Positions 11,591 through 24,247 of a DNA stretch of 64,000 nucleotides are shown here, piece by piece (within the stretch, counting starts at the first letter, position 1; every line of letters begins with the position of its first letter). Made by a program: the position numbers and the translations under genes. The DNA comes from Eledone cirrhosa (lineage: Eukaryota), in NCBI GenBank assembly GCA_964016885.1, contig OZ024740.1:205592001-205656000 (forward strand), given 5' to 3'. The notes beneath the pieces were generated by a model. It made no database searches. It worked only from the letters and a program-made list of their open reading frames with translations, and was not told the DNA's origin.

Positions 11591-14512
11591 TGTGTACAAC
11601 TTACCGCTGTTTCAGCTCTGCTGTTGATGAGCTCGTGGGGTGCAGTTATGATGTGGTAGAGCTCCATGAGGCAAAGATCGCATTTCCTCTTGAAGTTGTA
11701 CGGTGCAGCCCTGCCGACAATATCCCAGTGCGTGGAGAAGCTGATGTTTAAGTCCTTTAGTGATGTGATGTAGTCTGCGAGCGAAGTGGAGTGTCTTAGT
11801 TTTTTATTTGTGAAAGAGTGGAAATGTGTTCGAAACCTAACGGGCCGGAGGTAGCCCCTATATAATGTTTAACGCTATTGTGGCTAGTTACAGTGCATCT
11901 ATATATAACCCTATCAGTCAAGCAGTATCCTCTAAGGGGACAGCGTCCTCTGTCGCGGCAGTTGCAATTTCTGTCGCGGTTCCATCTATTTCCCACGGTA
12001 AGGCTATCATTGTTGCTTCCCTACGTTGTTATCCACGCTACCGCAGCTATCGTTAGCACCATTACAGCCCACAGCACGCAGGGTGGTGCGATTGTTATTC
12101 CGCACGTCATGTCGTGCATGTTCCCCAGTCATTTCGCGGTTATGCTGGTTGCGTTTGCGGATGCCGTTGCCAACACTATTGGATGCTGCCAGGGAGTTGT
12201 TAAGGCCGATATAGTTATTGTCAGGTGTAGGTGCGTCTGAGTCGAGGTGCTGTGTCTTGGTGATCTTACTGTGGTTCGTTGTTCCTATGATGTCAGCGAG
12301 GTTAGGAGTAGTAGAGAAGGATATTTTTATATTGTTTCTATTAAGAATTTTTCTATACCTATGGTTGGGTGGGAAGTTCTTCTCTAAGGCTTCGAAGAAC
12401 ATCCGAGGTATGTTGGAGGCCACACTCCGAGAGTAGGGTGTGTATGTGTGTGTGTGTGTGCGTGTGTGTGTGGAACCATAGGATGTTACGGTGGCGATTA
12501 CGTGTCCTTGTACGTTTGCTACGGGTGGTTCCATCTAGGTGACCGCTCTTATGTGTGTTAGTGCGCAGTCGCCCGTTCGGTGCCCCTTTCACTTTATGCT
12601 CGGGTGCACTCTTCCTACCTCTTTCATGTTTATGTACAGGAAGATGTTGGTAATAGGCCGTCGCCTTTGTTGGTTTTGTAATAGGGGAATAGTTCGAGTA
12701 ATCTGCAGTGGTCACCGTCGCCGGGGTCGTGATCTTTAGTGCGGTTATCTATTCTATTATATCCAACTTCAACGAAGTCGCCGCGTGATCGGTTATAGGT
12801 ATGGCTTACTATAACGTTCGTTTTATGAGGGGGGTGGTTTCTAGAGCTAGCGTTAGGGATGTAGGAAATTCCTTGGTTATAGCCGGCGCTTATCAAGGCC
12901 CTATTGTAGTAATCTGCCGCTTGGTTGAAGATATCCTCATTGGCGGATAGTCTCGAGATTCTATGTGAGATACTATAGACTATGGAGTTGAGAGTCTGCT
13001 TAGGGTGGTTGGAGGCATAATTAATATAAGAGAGGCACTCTCCAGGCTTATGGTATGGCTTGTATAAGCCTGTACTCAACTCCAGGGTCACGTCCAGGAA
13101 GTTGACAACCTTGTGGTTGAGGTCCATAGTTACGGATAGAACCTGTGTATATATTTGTTAAAGTTCTCTATCCTACGGGGGCTATGGTTCCTAACGGTAA
13201 ACAGGGCGTCGTCCCTATATACACCTCCTTGTAGGGCCGGTATCTCTTCCCTAAACTTATGTAGGAGGTATGTCCCGACCAGGTCAGTTGCTTGTGCTGA
13301 GTCACTGGACTCCATCGTGACATCGAAGTTATCAGGACGGTTGGTTCTGGTCCAGTGGGAGCCTTCGAACTGGATAATGGTTCTACGCGCCGCTAGAACT
13401 ATGTCTATTTCTTTTTTAGTGAGGCTAGTGTTAGATTTAGCTAAGATAAGTGCCTTATTTAAGAGTATGGGGGAGATAGAGGCGTAGTAACTATCTATGT
13501 CAAACTGGATGAACTTCAGGGTGGCTTTATCCGGCAACTCGGTGAACCAATTTATGACCTGGTCGGTGTTGCCCCAGAGGCAGACCTTAGCCTTTCTGTC
13601 GAGGATCACTTTACTAATCTTACCTATATCTGATGTAGAGGGGCAAATTAGTCTAATAGAGGGGCTTTCATTAAAGTCATATTTGTGATCCTTAAGAGAG
13701 AATTTAGGCATCAGAGGGACGTATGGGTTAGTGTACTTTTCTATTTCTAAGTTGGTGACTATATCCTTCCCTATTCTATTTATGTCATTTAGGGTACTAG
13801 AGGGTGTCTTTTTGTAGTCTTTGTGTAGTTCCTTATAGATGAATTTTTTATACTTACTCGCGTCCATCTTGTACAGCTTTTGGGTTTTGTCGGAGGTGAC
13901 GAAGAGGTGCAGGTCATTCTTGATCTTAGTTATTAGTGTATCAAGGGACGTTAATAATGGATTGCTGCATTGGTGTTTCTTTCTGCACTTAACGTTTTTG
14001 ATCATTTTCAGCAGGTCCTCTTCAAAGGAGTCCACTAAGGTGTATGTGCGGTGGGTTTCGGTATGTTTAGAAGCCATACCTCTCTTAGGATTCAGGAAGG
14101 TTACGGGTGTTCTTATCCAGGTGGTAGGCCTTCCATCTGACTCTCCGTATAAACGAATTAGTCACGTCTATAAGCATTTTGAGGTAGGTTTTTCTGCTGG
14201 GTAAGGGGATACACTTGAGAGACATGGGTAACGGCTGGTTCTTCAACATAATGGCAAATAAGGTGAGATGCTCTACAAAAGGAGCACGGTAATACAGTAT
14301 TTACGTATCGAGAGAGAGAAAAGAAAGGGGAGGATAGGTGATACATATAGTTATTTGCCAAGTAGCGTATGCCAAAGGTGCTCGATACTAGTGCCGGCAG
14401 TATTAAATATTCGAAGTGTTAATATTTAGTGGGCTAGAGAGTTAGCAGAGCGTAAGCACGTGGGAAAGTAAGAAATCGGAGAATAGACTGTTAAAACATG
14501 TTTATTTAAAAC

Positions 14513-14556
14513 AGCACCTACGTACGTTTCGCCCAGTTGGGCTTCTCAAGGGCATA
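14513..14556 (-). ncRNA. Minimal type-I hammerhead ribozyme motif, U3-A8 core variant
   Basis: RNA: GCCC-UUGAGAA-GCCC(AACU)GGGC-GAAA-CGUACG-UA/GGUGC; stem II is 4 bp, stem III palindromic, cleavage triplet GUA. Confidence 0.65.
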
Positions 14557-14994
14557 TATAATCAAAAGTGTTCCTTATATTGCTCGGAGAGAGTTTTGGG
14601 GTTAAATCCACGTCAAGGTTCATTGCTCGCAAAAATAGCTTGTTTTGATTTTGCAGCAGGTCAAGGGAGGTAATTCGGCCGGTGTTGGGGCAGTCTTTCC
14701 CGGACAAATTATTTATCCGCTACGAGATGAGTTACAACCTTACCATTGTCGATACGCATGTAATCAACGCTTATTTTGAGAGTTTTTTTGCTGCATCTGT
14801 TTGTCTGAGTCGTTTGAGGCTGGGTCTGGTATGCAAGGATAGTTTCCTGGGTGTTATTTTGCGGCGCCTGCCCGCCGGGGTGTCCCTTAACCTGCTGCAA
14901 AATCAAAACAAGCTATTTTTGCTATTTTAACCTTGACGTGGATTTAACCCCCAAAACTCTCTCCGAGCAATGTAAGGAACACTTTTGATTATAT

Positions 14995-15038
14995 ATGCCC
15001 TTGAGAAGCCCAACTGGGCGAAATGTACGTAGGTGCTA
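14995..15038 (+). ncRNA. Inverted second copy of the hammerhead motif
   Basis: gcccTTGAGAAgcccaactgggcGAAAtgtacgtaggtgc; one C>T change in stem III. Confidence 0.55.
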
Positions 15039-15252
15039 TTTTAAATAAACATGTTTTAACGGTCTATTCTCCGATTTCTTACTTTCCCACGTGCTTACGC
15101 TCTGCTAACTCTCTAGCCCACTAAATATTAACACTTCGAATATTTAATACTGCCGGCACTAGTATCGAGCACCTTTGGCATACGCTACTTGGCAAATAAC
15201 TATATGTATCACCTATCCTCCCCTTTCTTTTCTCTCTCTCGATACGTAAATA

Positions 15253-15255
<3 letters not shown>

Positions 15256-15319
<64 letters not shown>
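15256..15319. repeat. (TA)n microsatellite
   Basis: Direct read. Confidence 0.95.
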
Positions 15320-15322
<3 letters not shown>

Positions 15323-15835
15323 GTGAAACATAAGTCAATTGCATGAACTCATAATCCTTTATTTACTGCTTTATTTGTATGAAATTGTAAATAAGAGAAA
15401 AGTATTAGAACAGGGGGGAATAACTCGCCGAACGCGATAGGTTTGGGGCCCCAGGGACCACATTTTTCAAGTTAGAGATTTGAAACCTCGTCTATTTACT
15501 TTCTTGGCACTTTTTACATAGGTGTGTAAATTTTCATGTCAGTCCGACCACGTCTACTACCATTTAACCGTGCACATCTGAATTTCAACCACCATCCATT
15601 TCACAAATATATATTAGATATGTCAATCAATTTCTAGTTGATATAACATGCTCGGATCTATTCACTGGAATCTTTGAGCTTATTCTACAGTGAGTATGGC
15701 GCATGTCTCGGACATGACTCCTTTAATTTAATTTAACTAAATTTATTTCGGATATATAAACGGCTCCTTATCTGTAGAGCTAAATCGGTTGAAAATTACA
15801 CTTACACATACATAAACACTGAAAACAAAACACTA

Positions 15836-18800
15836 ATGGAGACCATCACGAACAACCCTTCGGTGAAAACCGAAGGGAAAACTTTCGCTCACTCTAATAA
15901 AATTAACAAAAAACTGAACCTAAAACTGATTAGGGTCCCTATACAAACTTATAGGTCCATAAAAGAAACATTTCAAAAGGATGTGGGGAATTCCTGCGTG
16001 AAACCACTTAACCGCGTCCTTCTCAAATGTTTCCCCACTCCAGACACCCCCATCCCACCAGACACCCCCTCCCCATCAAACATCTCTGTCCCCAGCCCAC
16101 CGGAAACCACCACCCACCCAGATAACCCCTCCAACACCCCCATGGAAATCGTGCAGCCTGGTCCCCAGGAGACGAAGAGGTAAGTGATTTCTTTTCCTCT
16201 TCTTTTAACTTTTCAGCACCAACATGGCCAATATAAGAGTTGCATGTGTGAATGTACGCGGCCTGGGGATGCCCTGGAAACAGGGCAAACTCTTAAACGA
16301 CCTCAGGTAGCATAGTATGGATGTAGTAGCCATTTGCGACAGCTAGCCCCCATCTTAGACGACTTTGAGATCTACGCATCTCTCTGTCAGCCGGGAGGTG
16401 GGGGCGGGGTTGCCGTTTTGCTGCGGAAACACCCGGACCTCGTAACACAGGCGGTACATCTGGACCCGGAGGGTCGACTGGTGGTCCTAGACGTTGACGG
16501 TAGTGAAGGTGGAGCCTTCAGGCTGGTGGCCGCATATGCTCCACCCGGGACACCGCGGCCAGACTTCTTCAAACGTCTAGAGACTTTTTGGGAACGTCCC
16601 GCTCCTTGCTTTTAGTGGGGGACTGGAATGGAATCCTAGATGCACGTTGGGAATATGTGGGAGCATGTCCCGATAAAGGGGGGTGTAACAGCCTCAAACA
16701 GTTAATTGGCCGATTTGACCTGGCCAATAGATATCGACTAGATTTTCCGACTGTGCCACTGTGGACGTGAACTAATCGCAGCGGAACATCTAGATCGTAC
16801 CTAGATAGGGTTCTAGTTAGAAATAAAGATAGGGACATGTTAAGCTGTCCACAAATGTTCATGGTTGCCTATTCAGATCACAAACTAGTGACCTGCATGG
16901 TAAACCTTGATAGAACACATAGACAAGGACCCGGCTACTGGAAGCTAAACTTGTCATTACCGACATGCAAAGCCTATAGTAGACGGATTAGCACTTTAGT
17001 TAAACAACACTTGACAGGGGCCATTGTCAACAACAGATGGTGGTACTCTCTCAAGAGGGCAGTTAGATTAGACTCGTTAGTTTTTAGTAAATAATTAGCG
17101 TTAAATAGAAATAGGACCGAGAAGGAACTGATAGATAAAGTAGAAGAGGCAATTATAAGTGGCAACGTAGCCAGCGTGCTAGCAACGAGAACGGCCTTGG
17201 ACCAGTTCTTCGACGCAAAGCACGAGGGCTGCGTTGTCAGAAGTAAAATACGTGCTCTGGGTAACGAGAGAGCCAAAGCTGTTAGCTGGGCCCGGATGAC
17301 GGAGGCAAAAAGTGGCAACAAGTCCACGATTCGGTCTTTGAAGGACCAAAACGGACGCGTGATGCGTGAACCGAAGCAGATGTGCGCGGCCTTTCAGCGG
17401 CACTTTGCTCAGCTGTTCGGACAGGGCGGCGCGCCGGGAGGGGGTATGGATTTCGGTCTATATCTCGACGGCCTACCGTGACTCTCGGACAGCGAGGCGA
17501 AGTTCTGCGAAAAGCCGATTTCAGCCGCTGAGGTAGGGAACGCGCTGAGCCAATGCGGAAAACGCAAATCTCCAGGTATCGACAGTCTACCCTACGAATT
17601 TTACGTAGCATTGCCGGACTTGTTCTCCGGTCTTCTGGAACCGGTCTACTGCAACTGGCAGCAGAACGGGAGAATTCCCAGTTCTGTGACCAGGGGCGTA
17701 GTCACGCTAGTCAGGAAGGACGAGAATAAGGGGGATGACATAGGCAACTTCCGGCCCATAACTCTGCTAAACATATAGTTACAGATTTTGGCCAAGGTGT
17801 TGGCAAAGAGGCTGGCGCTTGTCGTCGAAATCCTGGTGGGAGAAGCGCAGACATGCGCAATTGCGACCAGGTTCATACACGACAACCTCCACCTCATGCG
17901 ATACATCATAGAGAGGGTAGGGTGTAAACCCGGCTTCGGTGGGGCCCTGATCAATTTGGACCAGTCTAAGGCTTTCGATAGGGTTGACCATCGTTACCTG
18001 GATGCGGTGCTTGAGGCGGCAGGCTTTGGACCCGTGTTCAGGGGCTGGATTGCTGCAATGCACAACAGCAACATCTGCTCAAGGGTCAAGGTGGACGGCT
18101 ACCTCTCAGGGCCGTTCCATATCACGCGATCCATTCGACAGAGATGCCCTCTCTCCTCCCTTCTGTACGTACTGACTCTCGAGCCACTACTGCGGAAGTT
18201 GGAACTATTGCAGGGCATCCCCCTGGAACTGGGACTGCGGAAAACGGCGTCGGCATACGCCGACGACGTGACAGTAATGGTGTCGAGCACCTCGCAAATT
18301 GAGGAAGTCGGCACCTTACTGAAGGAATGCGAAAGGTTCACAGGAGCGAAGCTGAACCGGGACAAGTCCATCGGTTTGCAACTCGGATCGTGGAGAGGCA
18401 AACCGATGCATTCCGATGGTGTCGTCGGACGCTGGACAGAAGGACCGGTAAAGCTGCTCGGGGTCTGGTTTGGTCCGGACCTCCAGGTGGAGAAGAACTG
18501 GAACGAGGTAACGGCCAAGGTGTTTGCACTCACCCAGAAGTGGGCTGAGTGAAAACTATCCTTGAAAGGTCGAGCGGAGGTGGCAAACACTTTTATAGCG
18601 TCCGTCATCTACTATTGCTTGACCGTCGTGCCTTGACCAGCCAAAACGCTCACCAAAATGGAGTGCGCGCTCTTCCAATTCCTTTGGAAGAAGCGGGCTC
18701 CTTTGGTGAGAAGATCCATCTGCTGCCAACACCCTTCCAACGGAGGGCTGGGGTTGCCGTGGCTGACGATGCGCAAACACGTGTTCAGGCCGCGGCATCT

Positions 18801-19875
18801 CTACGTATTCCTCACCGGACAACCGGTGTGGGCCACATTCGTGAGGCGAGCCTTCCCACAACTCGTCTCGCTGACCGAGCTGTAGTCCTGGGTCAAGCAA
18901 AGACCGAGGAAAATAGGCGACTGGCACATCGAATGTGCTCAGGCGCTCCCAGCCCTCTGGCAGGCGGACTCGGCGATCAGTGGAGACTCCACTTCGTAAT
19001 TCTATAGAGGGTTGATTCGCAGCAAGTGCAACGACGCGCTCGGAGAAGCTCTAGGCGTAGAGGAAGACGAACTGGCCAGTCTGTTCGGCAGGACCTTCCG
19101 CCCGGGACTGATGGACAACTTCCAAAAGTCCCTGGCCTGGCAGTGCTACCGAGGAGCTCTACCAGTTCGAGACAAGCTCTACAGACATGGGCGCCCGGGC
19201 AGGGACCCTTTGAAAAAGATCTGTCCGAGATGCGTGCAAGACGAAGAAACCGTCGCGCACGCATTCATACACTGCCCGGACGTTACTGACCTGTGGGGCT
19301 ATGTAGAACGACTATTGTCGCAGGTGGGACCAATCCGGTTGACCACCGAGTCCATTGTCATGATCAAACCGCCACCCTCCTTCAAAAACGAAGGAGAGGC
19401 GGTTTTCCTTTGTGTGATAGCTATGGCGAAAGAGGTTGTATGGTGGACAAGGTTAAAAGGGCTGAGGTCAGATACCTTTCTCTCCGGCCAACAACTGATT
19501 CTTTTTTTTCAAATACCACTTTGGAAGAAGAATCAGGATGGAGAGAGAGGTGCTGTACCCCAGCAAGTTTTATGAAAGGTGGGTGAAAGTGGCGAGAATG
19601 GACCGAGTGAATGGGCCTTCTCTCTATATCAGCCTGTAGGTTGAGGAAAAAGAGGAAGAGAGGAAGGGTACAAACCCTTCGTACTCCTGGAGATGAGGGT
19701 TCCACATTTTTTCGGGGGTATGTCTTACCCATCTGAAATGTCTCCCCCTATTGGAGAAAATCGATTAACTTTTAAATTGCATTTGTTATAATATTTTACA
19801 CGTTTTTATTGTATGTAAACTACCCCCTTTGTATTTGTCCCTTTCTTTTGTGCCCCTGTGGCTAATAAAGAAACA
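15836..19875 (+). mobile_element. Tx1/L1-group LINE: short ORF1-like frame plus a full-length but stop-riddled ORF2 (EN-RT-CCHC)
   Basis: ORF2 ATG at 16224 (MANIRVACVNVRGL). EN motifs: AYAP, GDWN, YLDR, SDHK, GYWKLN. RT motifs: DQSKAFDRVDH, AYADD, GGLG. Zn knuckle: CPRC...ETVAHAFIHC. T-rich 3' UTR with AATAAA near 19864. Many premature stops. Confidence 0.92.
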
Positions 19876-20039
19876 TATCTATCTATCTCTCTCTATATAT
19901 ATATATAAACTTAAGAAAATTAACTAGGAGAGGATAAGACAACGAACGAAAACAAGGCAAAATGAAAAACAAATTTTTTAAGGGGAAACCTTAAAAAAAA
20001 GAAGATACAAACGAAGACAGAACTCCAATGTTATCGGCC

Positions 20040-22144
20040 TGTAGCAAGAGTTGCCTCCCTTATCACCAGTAGCGCTCTCTAGACAGGAAGTAGCTGGAGT
20101 TACTTCCCGTTGAGGTGGCAGAGCCTTCTTTGTCACTTCCATCCAGGGACCCCTATAAAGGAGAGAGCTGAAAGCTGTCTCCCTCTCTTTTAACCGGCCA
20201 GGCGCGTTCACCGAGGCTATACTCTCTGGCAACCTTAACATGGTAATGTAAAGACCACTTGGTCTCTTGCGAGATGACTTCAAAACGGTAATACAACTAA
20301 CTTTAATTCATTCTTTCATCTCTCTTGGCATGTCAACTATTCTGCTCTACATAGCTCAACCTTGTTAAATAAACATTGTACATACAACTGAGTGTCTTGT
20401 TGTGTTCATACAACCCAGTGTCCTGTTATAATTGGTGATCCTAAGAAAAAAATAATAGGATCTGGTGTTGTGTGAATATGAAAAAAGAAAATTAATTAGC
20501 AGTATTTAAAAAAGAAAAAATTCCACTAACAACATTCCACATGGATTTTTTTCTACAACGAAAAATAGAAGTAATCTTTTCCTCAGCAGCAAACAAACAA
20601 GAACAAATTTCGCTTTTCACCTCACGTGTTTACATCGTTTAAATGTCGCTACTTTTTCATCACTTTCAAAAAAAAAAAAAATTGAACTCTCGCCATATAC
20701 AAAGCCTTTCCTTCTTTTTCATCATATCACGTTCACAAACAAATTTTTTAAAATGGCTACCAACGATCTGTTGCACTATCATTTTCGCGCCAGAGAAATA
20801 TTTTTTATTCAACTTGACTTTAACCTTGTTTCGGCACGTGTGGAAGCACACATCTCGACTCACTGAGATAACACACGCCATAGATAATGTTTCTTGCCAA
20901 GGATTCTCCAGCCTTAAGCTATATTCTCCTATTTGCCGGTTTAAAAATTTACCACGTAAATTTGCCGTTGAAAACTGCGCATTTATTCAGAATGCTTATT
21001 TCTTTGGTCGCTGGCCTCTTGACCCTTCCAGGTCAACGTGTTCTCAACATCGACCATCAACTTTGGCTGTTATTTCTAGCACTTTGCGCAACTCATTTTT
21101 TCTGGGAAACTTTTTACTGTGAACGGAAACATCGAATAAGCTCACTCCGAGAGACAACAACAACTCATTTTTTCTGGGAAACTTTTTACTGTGAAAGGAA
21201 ACAACATCGAATAGGCTCACTCCGCGAGACAACAACAACACAGCTTCATCTTTGCTTTATCAACAACCCAAACCAGCAGAACAAAACACAGAGAATTTAT
21301 TTTTGCAGCACTCTTCCCGTGAGAAAATCCCACCAGCCTTCGGAGGTTGGGAATTTCACGTTGTACCACAGTCCAGAAACCACCTGCATACATTCTCTGG
21401 AACACACTTTCTTTCCTGCTGTCATGTGATTGCACACCTGTGAACTGTATTTTGAACATTTGAACCTTTTTTTTAATAACTATGTTCGAGCACGTTTCTT
21501 TGCTCCTTTGACCTCCTCTTTTAGTTTGATTACATTGTATCTTTGAGTGATGGATAGATAGATGTCCAGTCGTTCTCTGGCCAAGAGCGGTTGGCTACCT
21601 TGATATCTATCATTGATTTTTGCATGCTTATATTTTGCTGTTTTCCTTTTATTGCAAACACTATTTTTTTGTAATTCTCATGCCTGGACTTTGGTGTTAC
21701 ATGCTCGCCATCTTACTCCATACATGGTTCATTAGATTTTTGTTTTAAAAATCGGGCGGGAGATAATGTAGCAAGAGTTGCCTCCCTTATCACCAGTAGC
21801 GCTCTCTAGACAGGAAGTAGCTAGAGTTACTTCCCATTGAGGTGGCAGAGCCTTCTTTGTCACTTCCGTCCAGGGACCCCTATAAAGGAGAGAGCTGAAA
21901 GCTGTCTCCCTCTCTTTTAACCTGCCTGGCCCTTCGGCCAGGCGCGTTCGCCGAGGCTATACTCTCTGGCAACCTGAACATGGTAATGTAAAGACCACTT
22001 GGTCTCTTGCGAGATGACTTCAAAACGGTAATACAACTAACTTTAATTCATTCTTTCATCTCTCTTGGCATGTCAACTATTCTGCTCTACATAGCTCAAC
22101 CTTGTTAAATAAACATTGTACATACAACCCAGTGTCCTGTTATA
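20040..22144 (+). mobile_element. Non-autonomous LTR retrotransposon, 2.1 kb
   Basis: LTRs at 20040-20430 and 21767-22144 (TGTAGCA...TGTTATA), GGCC 4-bp TSD, PBS-like TGGTGATCC after the 5' LTR, purine tract GGGCGGGAGATAA before the 3' LTR, TATAAA and AATAAA inside the LTR; no gag/pol motifs internally. Confidence 0.9.
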
Positions 22145-22667
22145 GGCCATTGAGATGGACTTTGGGAGTTTCGACCCTTACTAACGGTACTGCTGATCCA
22201 GCTGGGATCACAGCGTCTAACACAAGCCAAACGCTGTCCGGTGAGGTAATAGACGAGAGACAAAACATTAATGTATAGCAATTAAGCTAAAACAAGTAAA
22301 TATGGGTGGAAAAAAACTCCCATTTAAAATTGTTAATAACTTTATTAATTATTGGCTGATTTTCATATAACGTTTTACTTTGAACAGTGTAATGGTACAG
22401 TACAGTGTTAACATTCTATATAGGCACCAGCGTTGTTCACCAGTGTTTGTAATCGTCTGGGTATATCCTCAATTGCGTGGTCGTGGTGGTCAATGTGTGT
22501 GTGTAGTTAAGGTGTGTTAGTGTATCCATGTGAAGGTGTATGTGAGTGGGTGAGCTAGTGGAATGTTTCTGTGTTGTTGGAGGTGGTGCATGCGCAGATA
22601 CACAAGCACGCGTGCACCCCCCCCCTATATATACATTCATACACACATACATACATATATATATATA

Positions 22668-22880
22668 ATAATAATAATAATAATGAAATTATTGTGTACA
22701 GGGCTTAGGTGCACTACAACTCATCAAAGGTGCATGTATAGTACATAGAATAATGTTCAAATGTCAGGAAAATGAATAGTGTATGAGTCATGAAATACAT
22801 GTGTGCGTGTGTATGGAGGGGGGGGACATCAGGTGCAGTGTTGGCTAATCTCAGGAAGCATGGAGGTTATATATAGACGC
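22668..22880 (-). mobile_element. Retroposon 3' end with (ATT)n tail, unclassified family
   Basis: Same sequence (catgactcatacactgttc...cacctttgatgagttgtagtgcacctgagcac...attattatt) at 23985-24315, 26670-26912 and 28365-28478. Confidence 0.6.
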
Positions 22881-24057
22881 TGGTGTGTGTGGTGGGGTGA
22901 GTTAGTGTAAGTTGGCGTATGCTACAATAGGTGTAAAAGGTGCGAGTACTAAGGTCGTATATATATTTAAAGAAAGGAGCCTATGGTCAGATCAGAACAA
23001 GGAAACAATGTTTCCATTACTGATACTATCACAACTTAGCAATTGGAGTACATGATTAAGGAAAGGTATAACTGCTTTTTAAAGTCAATCGATTTCATGT
23101 TCTTTTATAGATCTAATTTAGTTGTTTTAACAGTAACATTTGCCACTTAACTGATGCTCATCCTATATTAAAATAACTTGATCTTAACGCGTTTTTAGTG
23201 CCTTTTAACAAAATATTGGCGCTTTTGACTCAAATTTAACGCTCTTGCCATTGAAAAAAACCAGCAACTCTTTTAAAGGGTTATTTCACTTACATTAAAC
23301 GTATTGGGTTGACTCAAAACATTCCTTTGACCCTTGTGATGTGCGGCTGATTGTTGCACTTTGTGGGGAATTGTCACTGCCTCCATCTCTCACTATTATA
23401 TGCAAATCGGAGTCCGGGCGCTAGCCGCCCCGCGGCTCGACAGTCAGAATAGAGAAGGCGTTTCCCCAGAGGATGGTGAGACGAGCTGGAAGTGCCATTC
23501 CAGTTCTCAGGTAGCCAATTCTGCAGACCTGCCACCCTCTAAAAACCCAAATGGAGAATACCATGAGAAAAAATGCCCCCAAAACAGGGAGAAATGGGGA
23601 GATTTTACATAATAAAAGCTATACTCATTTTCACAAGAGAAGACATCTCTCACCCACCCGAAAGTGGGAAGGAGATCTCGTCGGACAGGGAGAGTTGACA
23701 GGTCTGACTCTGTGTGGTGAGTAGGGAGGTGGTCCTAGGGTCAAGGTCGTTTTCGCTTCCCCCTTTTCTTTCTTTTTCTTGCTCTGGTCGTATATTTTGG
23801 GTGTGTTGTTTATGTGAGGTCCCTAGCAATAGTTAATTGTATTTGTTTTGTGTTTATCAACAACATATTGTAATGTTATTCTGAAAGAATTGTGAGCAAT
23901 TTTTAATGTTAGTTATATATATATTTATATTTACTAAAATAGTTATACACAACACATTAAACTTTGATTACTGTGTGTATATTATGACTCATACACTGTT
24001 CATTTTCCTGACATTTGTACATTATTCTATGTACTAATGGATTATGTACTATGTACT

Positions 24058-24247
24058 AGTGGATTGGCAGTATCGGTAGAGGGTCGGACGCCATGCTTTC
24101 CAGCATAGTTACGTCTCTTTACGATCTGAGTTCAAATCCTGCCGAGGTTGACTTTGCCTTTCATCCTTACGGGGGGGTCGATAAAATAAAGTACCAGTAA
24201 TGCACTGGGTAATTGCTGGCCTTGTGCCTAAAGTAGAAACAATTATT
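24058..24247 (+). mobile_element. Near full-length Meta-like tRNA SINE inserted into the (ATT)n-tail repeat
   Basis: A box TGGCAGTATCGG, B box GAGTTCAAATCC, Meta-like core; attattctatgtacta repeated on both sides. Confidence 0.85.

Larger units (their letters stand above)
11591..15258 (-). mobile_element. Penelope-like retroelement (Naiad-like), near-complete but decayed RT + GIY-YIG ORF, with inverted 5' duplication
   Basis: The ORF starts near 14249 (MLKNQPLPMSLKCIPLPS...FIRRVRWKA). RT motifs: QFDIDSYY, YRDDAL, NFLDVTL, SNHP. Linker: RNILWF..PYS. Endonuclease: CNC-CPL-G-CL..VIY..YIG, ending C-D-LC..LIN-R-E..CTH. Inverted arms at 14293-14668 and 14883-15258; (TA)n follows. Confidence 0.9.

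Noticed and set aside
11591-14249. Selenocysteine recoding, reported for some Naiad elements
   Set aside because: The endonuclease Cys positions I read are ordinary Cys codons, and the stops I checked were TAA or frameshifts consistent with decay.
16224-19640. Programmed read-through or editing of LINE ORF2 stops
   Set aside because: The stops are a mix of TAA, TAG and TGA with frameshifts, as expected from neutral decay.
20643-21429. 159-aa and 180-aa ORFs inside the LTR element as captured genes
   Set aside because: No recognisable motifs, and their length is partly due to an internal tandem duplication.
22149-22230. Possible minus-strand hammerhead (GAAAC...GTC); similar at about 59150-59210
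   Set aside because: No CUGANGA-like box could be placed.
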